Positions 18,955-28,418 of a stretch of DNA of 64,000 nt are shown piece after piece. Source of the stretch: a bacterium. GTDB taxonomy: Bacteria > SAR324 > NAC60-12. The DNA is taken from NCBI GenBank assembly GCA_965233585.1, contig CBDDTI010000747.1, forward strand, positions 448,001 through 512,000. Direction: 5' to 3'. The position numbers and the translations under genes are program-made. The notes below the pieces were generated by a model. The model did not search any database. It saw nothing but the letters and a program-made list of their open reading frames with translations, and was not told the origin of the DNA. Each line of letters begins with the position of its first letter. The stretch's first letter is position 1.

Positions 18955-20349
18955 TTAAAGATGGCGGAAGTCTGCAAAATGACCTTGAATGGCAGTGGCT
19001 GCTGCAGTGGCAGGACTGACAAGATGCGTGCGTCCCCCTTTGCCTTGACGCCCTTCAAAGTTACGATTGCTTGTTGAGGCACAACGTTCGCCTTGTGCAA
19101 GTCTGTCATTATTCATAGCAAGGCACATAGAACAACCGGGTTCACGCCATTCAAAGCCTGCTTCTTTAAAAATCTGGTCAAGTCCTTCGTGTTCTGCTTG
19201 TTTTTTCACCAGCCCACTGCCTGGAACAATCATGGCTCGCACATGAGAGGCAACAGATTGTCCTTTGACAATAAAAGCTGCTTCTCGTAAATCTTCAATC
19301 CTTGCATTGGTGCAAGAACCAATAAAAACACAATCTACTTTCACATCTTGAATTTTTGTGCCTGCAGTGAGTCCCATGTAATTTAGTGCAGATTTGACAG
19401 CATTTTGATCTTTGGTCTGTGTGAAGTCTTTGGGTGAGGGAATGCGTCCTTCAATGTCAATGACCATACCCGGATTGACACCCCATGTGACTTGGGGAAT
19501 CATTTGAGAGACATCAATTTGTACAGTTTTGTCAAAAACCGCATCAGTATCAGAAGGTAGTTGTTTCCAAGCTTGAACAGCTTCTTCAAAATGTTTTCCA
19601 GAGGGTGCATAGGGGCGACCTTTTAGATATTCAAAAGTGGTTTCATCAGGTGCAACCAAACCTGCTCTTGCTCCTGCTTCTATACTCATATTGCAAAGGG
19701 TCATGCGTCCTTCCATAGAGAGTTTTTTAATCGCCTCCCCTGCATATTCAAACACATAACCTGCACCACCACTGACCCCAATCTTGCCAATGATGGCAAG
19801 GATTAGGTCTTTGGCAACCAGTTTGTCCGGAAGCACTCCTTGAATTTCAACCTGCATCGTCTTTGGCTTTTTTTGTTGCAAAGTTTGTGTTGCAAAAACA
19901 TGTTCTACTTCTGACGTTCCAATTCCAAAGGCTAATGCTCCAAATGCTCCGTGCGTGGAGGTGTGCGAGTCTCCACAGACAATCGTTGTGCCGGGCAAAG
20001 TCAAGCCTTGTTCTGGCGCCATCACGTGAACGATACCTTGCCTTTCATCGCATAGGTCAAAGAGTTTGACACCAAAGTCTTTGCAATTTTGACGCAAGGT
20101 TTCTACTTGGATTCTTGAGATTTCATCGTCAATGGGTTTGTCTTGATTTTGGGTAGGGACGTTATGGTCTGGCACAGCATAAGTAGCATGGGGACATCGC
20201 AAAGTGCGATTGTGCAGACGCAGTCCCTCAAACGCTTGTGGCGAGGTCACTTCATGCACTAAATGGCGGTCTATGTAAAGAATGGTTGTCCCCTTCTCTT
20301 CGTTTACCACGTGGGCATTCCAAATCTTTTCAAACATTGTAAGTGGCAT
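18955..20349 (-). CDS. leuC: 3-isopropylmalate dehydratase large subunit
   Basis: [52 protein letters not shown]; start at 20349 follows AGGGAG. Confidence 0.97.
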   Translation of the reverse strand: MPLTMFEKIWNAHVVNEEKGTTILYIDRHLVHEVTSPQAFEGLRLHNRTLRCPHATYAVPDHNVPTQNQDKPIDDEISRIQVETLRQNCKDFGVKLFDLCDERQGIVHVMAPEQGLTLPGTTIVCGDSHTSTHGAFGALAFGIGTSEVEHVFATQTLQQKKPKTMQVEIQGVLPDKLVAKDLILAIIGKIGVSGGAGYVFEYAGEAIKKLSMEGRMTLCNMSIEAGARAGLVAPDETTFEYLKGRPYAPSGKHFEEAVQAWKQLPSDTDAVFDKTVQIDVSQMIPQVTWGVNPGMVIDIEGRIPSPKDFTQTKDQNAVKSALNYMGLTAGTKIQDVKVDCVFIGSCTNARIEDLREAAFIVKGQSVASHVRAMIVPGSGLVKKQAEHEGLDQIFKEAGFEWREPGCSMCLAMNNDRLAQGERCASTSNRNFEGRQGKGGRTHLVSPATAAATAIQGHFADFRHL

Positions 20350-20609
20350 CAATCTCCCTTGTATTCTTCGGTCTCTCCTTTTTTGTGTTAGGACAATCCT
20401 CACAAAAAATGACTTCTTCTTAACTTTAGTCAAAGCAAGCTGGTCATCAAACGGATTATCTTACCATCATTGGCAATGTTTTGTGAACCAAGTGAGTGAA
20501 TTTGAGAACAGAACCCATGACCAAACTTTGTCATTTGCTAAATTTTTGTCAGGCATTGTTGATTCAACATCGCTTTTTCCAATTTTTCCCCTAACTTCCT
20601 CATTCCCTT

Positions 20610-20860
20610 GTCATTCCGCATCAAGCACTCAAGTGACAGAAAAAAAGAGAGGGGAATTGAAACGCTTTTTTTGTCATTGCTCACCTTGACCCGCAATCTC
20701 TTTTTTTTGTTTTCCCAAACTCTCCCGTCATTGCTTTCGTCATTGCGGGACCTGACCCGCAATCTCATTCTTCTCATCGTGTTGGCATTCTTTTTTTGAG
20801 ATTCCGCATCAAGCACTCAAATGACAGAGTCGTCATGCGTGCTTGCCCCGCAACCGCATC
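20610..20860. repeat. Cluster of about 5 REP-like palindromes
   Basis: GTCATTGC..CTTGACCCGCAATCTC-type copies at 20673 and 20739; ATTCCGCATCAAGCAC..TGAC copies at 20610 and 20798; degenerate copy near 20832. Confidence 0.85.
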
Positions 20861-21094
20861 TTTTGTTGTCTCTTTTCTCCCAACCTATTCAATTTTCCAA
20901 TTTTTTTGAAAAATCTTCAAAATTCCTTAAATTTTTTTCGGAATGTCTTTAACCCGCATCTTTCCTGACTTCCCAAAGACATTCCTTTGACAAAAAATCT
21001 TCAAAATTCCTTAAAAAACTAAAAAATGACCCCAAAAATTAAAAACGTTGGCTTGTTTTTTTTGTACGTGCATAATGCAAGTTTGGCTTTTCGC

Positions 21095-21175
21095 AAAACT
21101 CCCATCTTGAAAATAAATGAAGGTTTCATTTCAAGAGGAGAGTTTTTCGTGTGACAGCACCCTAAAGGGTGCTGT
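21095..21175 (+). promoter_or_regulatory. Structured 5' leader: long bulged hairpin followed by a GC-rich terminator-like hairpin
   Basis: AAAACTC-CC-TCTTGAAA pairs with TTTCAAGA-GG-GAGTTTT; ACAGCACCC-TAAA-GGGTGCTGT precedes a T-rich run. Confidence 0.45.
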
Positions 21176-21237
21176 TGTGTTGTTGGTTTTTTAATTTTTC
21201 TTCATCTTGTTCAATTTTGTTTAATAGGTAGGTTTTT

Positions 21238-23065
21238 ATGCAAAAGCTCATCAATCGTTGTTTTGTTCATTTGGCATCTGTTGTCAAACCTTCTGTTGTC
21301 CAGACAGGTGTTTGCCTGCTGTGCATCACGACTCTCTTTGCCTGCAGTAGTGACGATGGTGGTGTGTCCACGGTGACCGTCACAGAAAAAGTAGTGCCAC
21401 CAACCAAAAACCAGCAAGCACAGGGGGGGTCAATGTTTGCAGATTCCCCAAGCACAGATGCAAGGCACAGGCAACCTTGCCATCTTCAACTCACTAGATG
21501 AAGATGTCCTGCTTTCCTATTCCAGCAATCTAAATACTGACGATGTGATTGCTGTCATTGGCGCCAAGCAGAAAGGGGTCAAAGTGGACATTTCCAAAAG
21601 AACGAGTTCCATCGTCACCGTGTTCGCCTTCAAGATGCCAGCCGTGCAAGACTATTTTAAAGCAGACTGCGAGGATTCCCAAATGCCAACGGCTTTTATG
21701 CAAAGTGGGTTCATTCCATCAGCCAAATCCAGTTTTGTGATAGGCACTGAGGAGTCCAAGTCAGACTATGGCATCTTGCTGATACTCAACAAACGTTCTG
21801 GACTGGTATCTATTTGTCAAGGCAGTTCAAGGAACAAGCAAATCGGAGTGGTTCAGGCTGGTCAGTCTAACTATCGGATTCAAATCCCCATCGGCTACAA
21901 ACAACTCGTGTTTTACCTACACAACCCATCAGGAGGCATTGACTTTACAAAACCTGTCTTTTCCAAAAATCTGGTCTTTAACAAAGGAGACACTAAACTG
22001 GTATTCATTCCCAACAAGACCATTTTCAATGGTGCAAAAATCAAGTTTCTCAATGCCTCTGCCCAAGATGTGATGCTGATGGTGAGAAAGAGTGATAGCC
22101 CGTTGTCTAATGTAGAGTGCAGTTGTGAGGTCGTTGGCAAGCAATCGGATAAACCTGTGATGATTCTGGTGCAAGACAAGTATTATGCTGATGACTTCTT
22201 CTTTTCTGTGATTAGTTTAGACACAGGTCAGACCTTGACAGAGAGTCAACCCTTTCAGTTAGATAAAAAAACGAACGCCAGTTTTAAGCTACAAACAGAT
22301 TTGACTCTGAAGAAGACAGATTTGGGCAAGGGTCAAGTTGTTGTGCCAAATGAAAAACCCAGCACGCCAAGTGAAGTGAAAACAAGCGAGGTCAAAGCCA
22401 GCAGTGTCAAAGTCAGTTGGTCGCCTTCAGCAGATTCTGATGGTGAAGTGGCAGGTTATGAAGTCTCTTACAAGACAAGTAGCGGGTCATGGACTGGAAC
22501 ACAAACCACCACTCAAACCAATTTGATTGTATCAGGACTTCAACCTGAAACCAGCTACACTTTCCGCATTCGTGCCAAAGATGATGAAAATGCTTGGAGT
22601 GCTTATGAACAAAGTCAATCTGTCAAAACACCAGCCCCTGATAATCTAGCACCCAGCAAACCAAGCACCATCAGCACCAGCCAAGTGACAGGCTCCAGTA
22701 TCAAGGTTTCATGGTCTGCTGCCACAGATTCTGACGGAGTCATTGCAAACTATGAAATATCTTACAAAGCAGGTGATGGATTCTGGACAGGAACAAGCAT
22801 GACAGCTAGCACAACCTACACTTTTCAATCACTCCAGCCTAACACCAGCTACACCTTCCGTGTTCGTGCCAAAGATGACGAGGGAGACTGGAGTGCTTAC
22901 CAACAAAGCACGGCTGTCAGCACTGCACCCAATGCACCAACTGCGCTTGCTGTCTCTGCTAGAAGCCTGACTTTTATGATGACTTCAGGCAGCAGCTATG
23001 AATGCTCCAAAGATGCTGGCACAACCAAAACCAACTGCAACAGCCCCTTTAGTTTTGGCGATGAT
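21238..23065 (+). pseudogene. Fibronectin type III-domain lipoprotein, frameshifted at a G7 tract and 3'-truncated at a REP element
   Basis: Lipobox LFAC in ORF 21238; G7 at 21423-21429 separates it from the 21437 frame; two FN3 repeats (SVKVSW..SDG.V.GYEVSYK..LQPETSYTFRIRAKD); REP copy at 23066. Confidence 0.7.
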
Positions 23066-23215
23066 GCCATTGCTGAACTTGACCCACAATCTCACTTTTA
23101 TCCTAAGATTAGTCTTGTGTTTTTTTGTACCTGTGCTAGACTGCAAGAGAATGTAGAGAGGGGAATGTGCACAAACATCTTTTGCTTCTTTAAATTTTTA
23201 ATTCAAAACAACACA

Positions 23216-24949
23216 ATGAACATGAAATTTTTCATCTATTCGTTTTTAATCGTGCTAGTCTTCGGTGGTTGTAACTGGGATAATCTCAACACTTCAGAAA
23301 CTTCAGGTTTTTCAAAATTTTCAGAAGAAGAAAACGAAGTCAGCCAAGCAGGCACTTGGAACTTTGACAACGGCAATAAGCCAAATGGCTTAACAGGCAA
23401 CTGGTCTGTTGTCTCTGGTGGGGCAAACAGCACTTCCAAAAGCCTCAAATCTGCAAACATTGGCAACAATCAACAAACCTGCGTCCAAACCACACGCAAT
23501 GTCTCGGCTGGAAACGTAGAATTTCAATACAAAGTCAGTTCAGAACAAAATTATGACGAACTCTTCTTCTACATTGACTCTGCTGAAAAGCTAGGAGGCA
23601 AAAGTGGAAACATCGGCTGGACACAAGCCAGCTATGCTGTCTCGGCTGGAAGTCACACCTTCAAATGGTGCTACCAGAAAGACGACCACGTAAGCGGAGG
23701 AAGCGATGCCGCTTGGATTGACGAAGTCAACTTTCCAGACTCTTCTGCTGCCAACAAAAAACAATGGTCAAAACTGCTTGGCAGTAGCAGTGAGGATAGA
23801 GGATTGGGAGTGAGTGTGGACTCATCAGGAAATGTTTACGTCACAGGATACTCTTTGGGAAATTTTGATGGACACAGCAATTCAGGAAGTGATGACATGT
23901 TTTTAGTGAAGTATGACAGTTCAGGCAACAAGAAGTGGTCTAAACTGCTTGGCAGTAGTAGTCGTGATTTTGGAGAAGGAGTGAGTGTGGATTCTGCAGG
24001 CAATGTTTACGTCACAGGATACTCTTATGGAAATTTTGGTGGACACAGCAATTCAGGTTATAAAGACATGTTTTTAGTGAAGTATGATTCATCAGGTAAT
24101 AAGAAGTGGTCTAAACTGCTTGGCAGTAGCAGTGATGATTATGGATATGGAGTGAGTGTGGATTCATCAGGAAATGTTTACGTGACAGGAAGTTCTTGGG
24201 CAGCTTTTGATGGACACACCAATTCAGGAAAAAATGACATGTTTTTAGTGAAGTATGACAGTTCAGGTAATAAGAAGTGGTCTAAACTGCTTGGCAGTAG
24301 TAGTCGTGATTATGGAGGAGGAGTGAGTGTGGATTCAGCAGGCAATGTTTACGTGACAGGAAGCTCTAGTGGAAATTTTGATGGACATCGCAATTCAGGA
24401 TACTCTGACATGTTTTTAATCAAGTATGACAGAACAGGCAGTAAGAAATGGTCTAAACTGCTTGGCAGTAGCAGTTATGATTATGGAGGAGGAGTGAGTG
24501 TGGATTCTGCAGGCAATGTCTATGTGACAGGATACTCTAGTGGAAATTTTGATGGACATGTCAATTCAGGAGACTCTGATATGTTTTTAGTGAAGTATGA
24601 CAGTTCAGGTAATAAGAAGTGGTCTAAACTGCTTGGCGGTAGCAATTCTGATTATGGAGAAGGAGTGAGTGTGGATTCAGCAGGCAATGTTTACGTCACA
24701 GGATACTCTTATGGAAATTTTGATGGACACACCAATTCAGGAAGTTATGACATGTTTTTAGTGAAGTATGATTCATCAGGTAATAAGAAGTGGTCTAAAC
24801 TGCTTGGCAGTAGCAATTCTGATTATGGATACGGAGTGAGTGTGGATTCATCAGGGAATGTTTACGTGACAGGATACTCTTGGGGAAATTTTGATGGACA
24901 CACCAATTCAGGAAGTTCTGACATGTTTTTAGTGAAGTTTGGGAAGTAG
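23216..24949 (+). CDS. Lipoprotein with a jelly-roll-like domain and a 7-bladed SBBP beta-propeller
   Basis: Internal signal peptide/lipobox MNMKFFIYSFLIVLVFGGC; SSEQNYDEL..W.YQKD..GSDAAWID domain; 7 repeats of VSVDSSGNVYVTG. Confidence 0.8.
   Translation: MNMKFFIYSFLIVLVFGGCNWDNLNTSETSGFSKFSEEENEVSQAGTWNFDNGNKPNGLTGNWSVVSGGANSTSKSLKSANIGNNQQTCVQTTRNVSAGNVEFQYKVSSEQNYDELFFYIDSAEKLGGKSGNIGWTQASYAVSAGSHTFKWCYQKDDHVSGGSDAAWIDEVNFPDSSAANKKQWSKLLGSSSEDRGLGVSVDSSGNVYVTGYSLGNFDGHSNSGSDDMFLVKYDSSGNKKWSKLLGSSSRDFGEGVSVDSAGNVYVTGYSYGNFGGHSNSGYKDMFLVKYDSSGNKKWSKLLGSSSDDYGYGVSVDSSGNVYVTGSSWAAFDGHTNSGKNDMFLVKYDSSGNKKWSKLLGSSSRDYGGGVSVDSAGNVYVTGSSSGNFDGHRNSGYSDMFLIKYDRTGSKKWSKLLGSSSYDYGGGVSVDSAGNVYVTGYSSGNFDGHVNSGDSDMFLVKYDSSGNKKWSKLLGGSNSDYGEGVSVDSAGNVYVTGYSYGNFDGHTNSGSYDMFLVKYDSSGNKKWSKLLGSSNSDYGYGVSVDSSGNVYVTGYSWGNFDGHTNSGSSDMFLVKFGK
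23759..24946 (+). repeat. Seven tandem 171-bp (57-aa) SBBP repeats
   Basis: TGGTC(T/A)AAACTGCTTGGC at 23765, 23936, 24107, 24278, 24449, 24620 and 24791. Confidence 0.97.
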
Positions 24950-25087
24950 GTTGCCAAGAAGAGTGGTTGTAGTGGAGTTGGAAGGAGTGTTTGGAGTAGT
25001 ATTTTGTCCCCAGCAAGTGTTTTCATACTTGCTGTGAAAAGTCAAGTTTTTTTCTTAAAACGCTCCGTCACCTGCGGGCGTGTCTTG

Positions 25088-25155
25088 GTCATGGCTCACC
25101 TTGACCCGCAATCTCACTCTTGCTTTTTGAGATTCCGCATCAAGTGCGGAATGAC
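25088..25155. repeat. Inverted REP doublet
   Basis: GTCATGGCTCACCTTGACCCGCAATCT ... AGATTCCGCATCAAGTGCGGAATGAC. Confidence 0.85.
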
Positions 25156-25265
25156 AAAGAGAGTTTGTAGGCTTGTTTTTTCTCTGCTTTGTTCTCCCTT
25201 TTTCTCAAAAAAATGCTATAATCAGGGATTTTTGAAGTTTGGAAATTTAATTTGAGAGGAAAAAG

Positions 25266-25973
25266 ATGAGTGAACAATTTGATGAGATTTGGGCAATTTT
25301 AAAAGAAAACGCAAAAGGCATGCAGGAGTTGAAAGAACGTCAAGAAGAAAACAGCAAGCGTCAAGAAGAAAATAGCAAGCAGTTAGCAGAACTGACAAAG
25401 AAACAAGAAGAAAATAGCAAGCAGCAAGAAGAAAACAGCAAGCAGTTAGCAGAACTGACCTTGCAACTTCAGGAACTGAAACCAGCAGTTGCCAGCATGG
25501 TGCGGGGTATTCAGAAGATGGAAAACTTCATCAGCAATACTTCGGAGATTTTAGAAAGTCGTCTGTGCCGTTCTGTGGAACAGGTTATAGAAAAATATGG
25601 CTTCATTGAAATTGGAGGCATTCGCTACGACGAAGTGGAACAAAATCTCAAAGGGAAAGATAATGGCATCACGGCTCAATATGACCTTGTACTGTTCAGC
25701 AAAACAAAGCATCTGCTTTTGATAGAAGTCAAACGTAAGCCGCATGTTAAGGATTTCCAACAAGTGCTTCGGCAGAAAGAGACCTTCCCTAGATTGTTTC
25801 CAAGTTATCAAGATTATACAATTCATTGCGGGTTAGCAGGAGAAGTCTTTTATGATGAACTCATCAGTGAGGCAGAAGAAGAAGGTATTTATCTTTTTCA
25901 AGAACAAGCGGGAGAATTACAAGTCATCACTCCTTCTTCGTTGCAGCTACAGCTGGAGGCAATGGAATCCTGA
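25266..25973 (+). CDS. Coiled-coil + PD-(D/E)XK nuclease-like protein (DUF3782/DUF1626-like), copy 1
   Basis: Heptads QEENSK(R/Q)/LAELT; YDLV...LLIEVK motif. Confidence 0.75.
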   Translation: MSEQFDEIWAILKENAKGMQELKERQEENSKRQEENSKQLAELTKKQEENSKQQEENSKQLAELTLQLQELKPAVASMVRGIQKMENFISNTSEILESRLCRSVEQVIEKYGFIEIGGIRYDEVEQNLKGKDNGITAQYDLVLFSKTKHLLLIEVKRKPHVKDFQQVLRQKETFPRLFPSYQDYTIHCGLAGEVFYDELISEAEEEGIYLFQEQAGELQVITPSSLQLQLEAMES

Positions 25974-26015
25974 ACACTGGTTTTCTTTTTTTCTTAAACT
26001 ATCCCCGTCATTGCG

Positions 26016-26788
26016 GGCAGTGTTTAGTTGGTATTGTCATTGCATGTGAGAGTGAATTTGAGGAATGGAAATGAGAAGTTGTCATCATTGTGGGAGTCAG
26101 ACTTATATCAAGAATGGAAGTTACAAAGGGGTTCAGAGGTATCGTTGCAAGTCATGTCAGAGAGCATTCACCTCAAATGGTTTGAGAATCCCACTAGAGA
26201 CCAAGCGTCAAGCCTTAGAGATGTATGTCAATAGTGTAGGCATCAGAAAGATCGCTCGTTTTTTGCAGGTGTCTCCCGCTTCAATTGTCAACTGGATCAA
26301 AAAAGCTAGAGTGTCTCAACTTCCAAAAGACGCACCAAGTTTCCATGCACAAGTAGATAGTATAGAGATGGATGAGATCTACACTTTTGTTCAAAAAAAA
26401 GCCAAAGAGTAGCTGTTTGGACAGCCTATTCTCGTCAAGAACAATGTGTGATTGCCTTTGTGATAGGCAAAGGATTAGCAGCAGCAAAGCAGCTGTATGC
26501 ACTAGTCAAAGCACAACGAGCTAGAATTGAAACGATTTATACAGATGCCAACTCATGCTATCAAGTGGCATTTGCACAACTCCAAATTCCACAAAAGCAT
26601 CAGATAGGCAAGGACAACACTCATCTCATTGAATCTTCTAATTCTTCCATCAGAGATAACCTAGCTCGCTTGATGAGAAAATCTAAACGACATTCCAAAA
26701 CTTTTGACATGCTGGAACACTCTCTACAACTCTTCTTTGACTATAAAAGGTTTGAAAAATATCATGACAATATCAAGTGAACACTGCC
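26016..26788 (+). mobile_element. IS1-family insertion sequence, 773 bp, with 25-bp terminal IRs and a 9-bp target duplication
   Basis: IRL GGCAGTGTTTAGTTGGTATTGTCAT vs IRR(rc) GGCAGTGTTCACTTGATATTGTCAT; TSD GTCATTGCG at 26007-26015 and 26789-26797. Confidence 0.95.
26065..26780 (+). CDS. IS1 transposase InsA/InsB, joined by a -1 programmed frameshift at A8 (26393-26400)
   Basis: Zn ribbon CHHC..QRYRCKSC and HTH; EMDEIYTFV then IYTD and LIESSN (DDE) in the -1 frame. Confidence 0.92.
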
Positions 26789-26915
26789 GTCATTGCGGGC
26801 TTGACCCGCAATCTTCTTTGTTTTTTCTTCTTCGTTCACCTTTTTTGAGATTCCGCATCAAGTGCGGAATGACTAAAAGGATTGTTGATAGATTCCGCAT
26901 CAAGCAAGGAATGAC
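26789..26915. repeat. REP cluster (IS1 target copy plus two inverted copies)
   Basis: GTCATTGCGGGCTTGACCCGCAATCT at 26789; AGATTCCGCATCAAG..GGAATGAC at 26848 and 26890. Confidence 0.9.
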
Positions 26916-27334
26916 TGGAGTATCGTTGCTCATCTTGCCCCGCCATCTCTCTTGTTTCCTGAATTACTTAGTCAGGCTAAGTCTGCTAGCAATAAGCCGC
27001 TGGTTTGTTGCCCTTCAAAGAAGGGAAATAAGAATATGAGAAACTTGTTCAAGTCACGGTACTATCACAAAATCTACATTAGATTAACAATGTCAAACTA
27101 AAAATACCGGTGGCGCCAAGTTCGTTTAGCATATTCAAAAACTGTTGTCGTTTGTAAATCTTCATTTTTTAAGTTACAATCCTAAAGTTGTCAAAAAAAC
27201 ATCTCAAGAAGTTATCAAGAAGAACGTGTTTAGAAAGGAAGACTCATCAAAAGTTTGGCAGTCTAAACGTCTTCAATTTGGTTTAATCTCTCACCTTAAG
27301 TTTATGGCATGAACAACCTTTTATTTTAATCGTT

Positions 27335-28399
27335 ATGTTTGTATCTTTTTTCAAAAGTAAAAAGTGGGCAATATGGGCTTACGGTGGTAGTGGAGTGATT
27401 CTGGTATCGCTTTACTTTCAAGTCAAAATGACAACATTCATCAATGAATGGTATGGTGAGTTTTACAATATTTTACAGGAAGCCACCAAGCATGACATTG
27501 CAGATTTCTACAATTCCATGTCTGACTTTTTGTGGATTGCCTTCCCCTATATCATTTTGGGAATGGGAACCAACTATTTTACACGCCTATACGTCTTGCG
27601 TTGGAGGGAAGCCATCACCTTTCACTACATGCCAAAGTGGCGTGCTGTTGAGGAAGAGATTGAAGGGTCGTCTCAAAGGATTCAAGAAGACATGTTCCGC
27701 TTTGCAAGAATTGTAGAAAGTTTAGGTTTGCAAGTCGTGCGTGCCATTATGACCTTGATTGCCTTCATTCCTATCCTTTGGGGTCTTTCCCAACACCTAG
27801 ATTTGCCTGTTTTACAATTTCTCAATACAACCGATGGGGCATTGGTCTATATCTCATTGTTGGTCAGTTTAGGAGGGTTGGTGATTAGCTGGTTTGTTGG
27901 TGTCAAGTTGCCACACTTGGAATATAACAACCAAAAAGTAGAGGCAGCCTTCCGTAAAGAGCTTGTCTATGCAGAAGATGACAAAAAGAATTACGGGGCA
28001 TTGGAGACCATTGGGGAACTCTTTTTGGGAATCCGTTACAACTATCACAGGCTTTATTTGCACTATGGTTATTTTGATTTGTGGGTCATTAGCTATGGTC
28101 AGGTGATGATCATTGTCCCCTACTTGCTCATGGCTCATGGTTTGTTTAAGGGTGCGTTTGCACTGGGCGTGTTAGTGCAGACTTCCAATGCCTTTGCCAA
28201 GGTGCATCACAGCTTTTCTTTATTCATTGACAACTGGACAACCATCACAGAACTGCGTTCAGTGGTGTTAAGACTCACAGAATTTGAGGACAATATTGAA
28301 AAATATACCAAAGCCGAAAATAGATCAGCACAAGGCGAGACTCTTCAACAAGAAGATTTGACAAATCTAGCAGAAAACAAAACTCTTCCCAATGAATAA
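27335..28399 (+). CDS. SbmA/BacA-family peptide transporter
   Basis: MFVSFF, INEWYGEFY, RWREA, IEGSSQRIQED, LEYNNQKVEAAFRKELVYAED, W-TITEL-SV-RL-EFE. Confidence 0.9.
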   Translation: MFVSFFKSKKWAIWAYGGSGVILVSLYFQVKMTTFINEWYGEFYNILQEATKHDIADFYNSMSDFLWIAFPYIILGMGTNYFTRLYVLRWREAITFHYMPKWRAVEEEIEGSSQRIQEDMFRFARIVESLGLQVVRAIMTLIAFIPILWGLSQHLDLPVLQFLNTTDGALVYISLLVSLGGLVISWFVGVKLPHLEYNNQKVEAAFRKELVYAEDDKKNYGALETIGELFLGIRYNYHRLYLHYGYFDLWVISYGQVMIIVPYLLMAHGLFKGAFALGVLVQTSNAFAKVHHSFSLFIDNWTTITELRSVVLRLTEFEDNIEKYTKAENRSAQGETLQQEDLTNLAENKTLPNE

Positions 28400-28418
28400 G
28401 GAAAGATGATTTAAAATC

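Noticed and set aside
20350..20600. Leucine attenuator upstream of leuC
   Set aside because: No Leu-rich leader or terminator found on the minus strand
20538..20816. Short ORFs at 20538, 20608, 25004, 26704 and 32517
   Set aside because: They are translations of REP elements (HLDPQS, RFRIKCGMT) with no other coding evidence
20610..20860. Palindromic repeats as CRISPR or integron attC array
   Set aside because: Irregular spacing, both orientations and dispersed copies; no cas or integrase gene and no GTTRRRY/RYYYAAC framing seen
23759..24946. Diversity-generating retroelement TR/VR
   Set aside because: Differences are not confined to adenines, all repeats are coding, and no reverse transcriptase is in the window
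21437..24949. Single native 1170-aa protein
   Set aside because: It lacks its own signal peptide and contains a translated REP and an internal lipobox; better explained as two genes
26920..27330. Riboswitch upstream of sbmA/bacA
   Set aside because: No cobalamin, TPP, SAM or other aptamer consensus recognisable by eye; an Rfam scan is needed to exclude it
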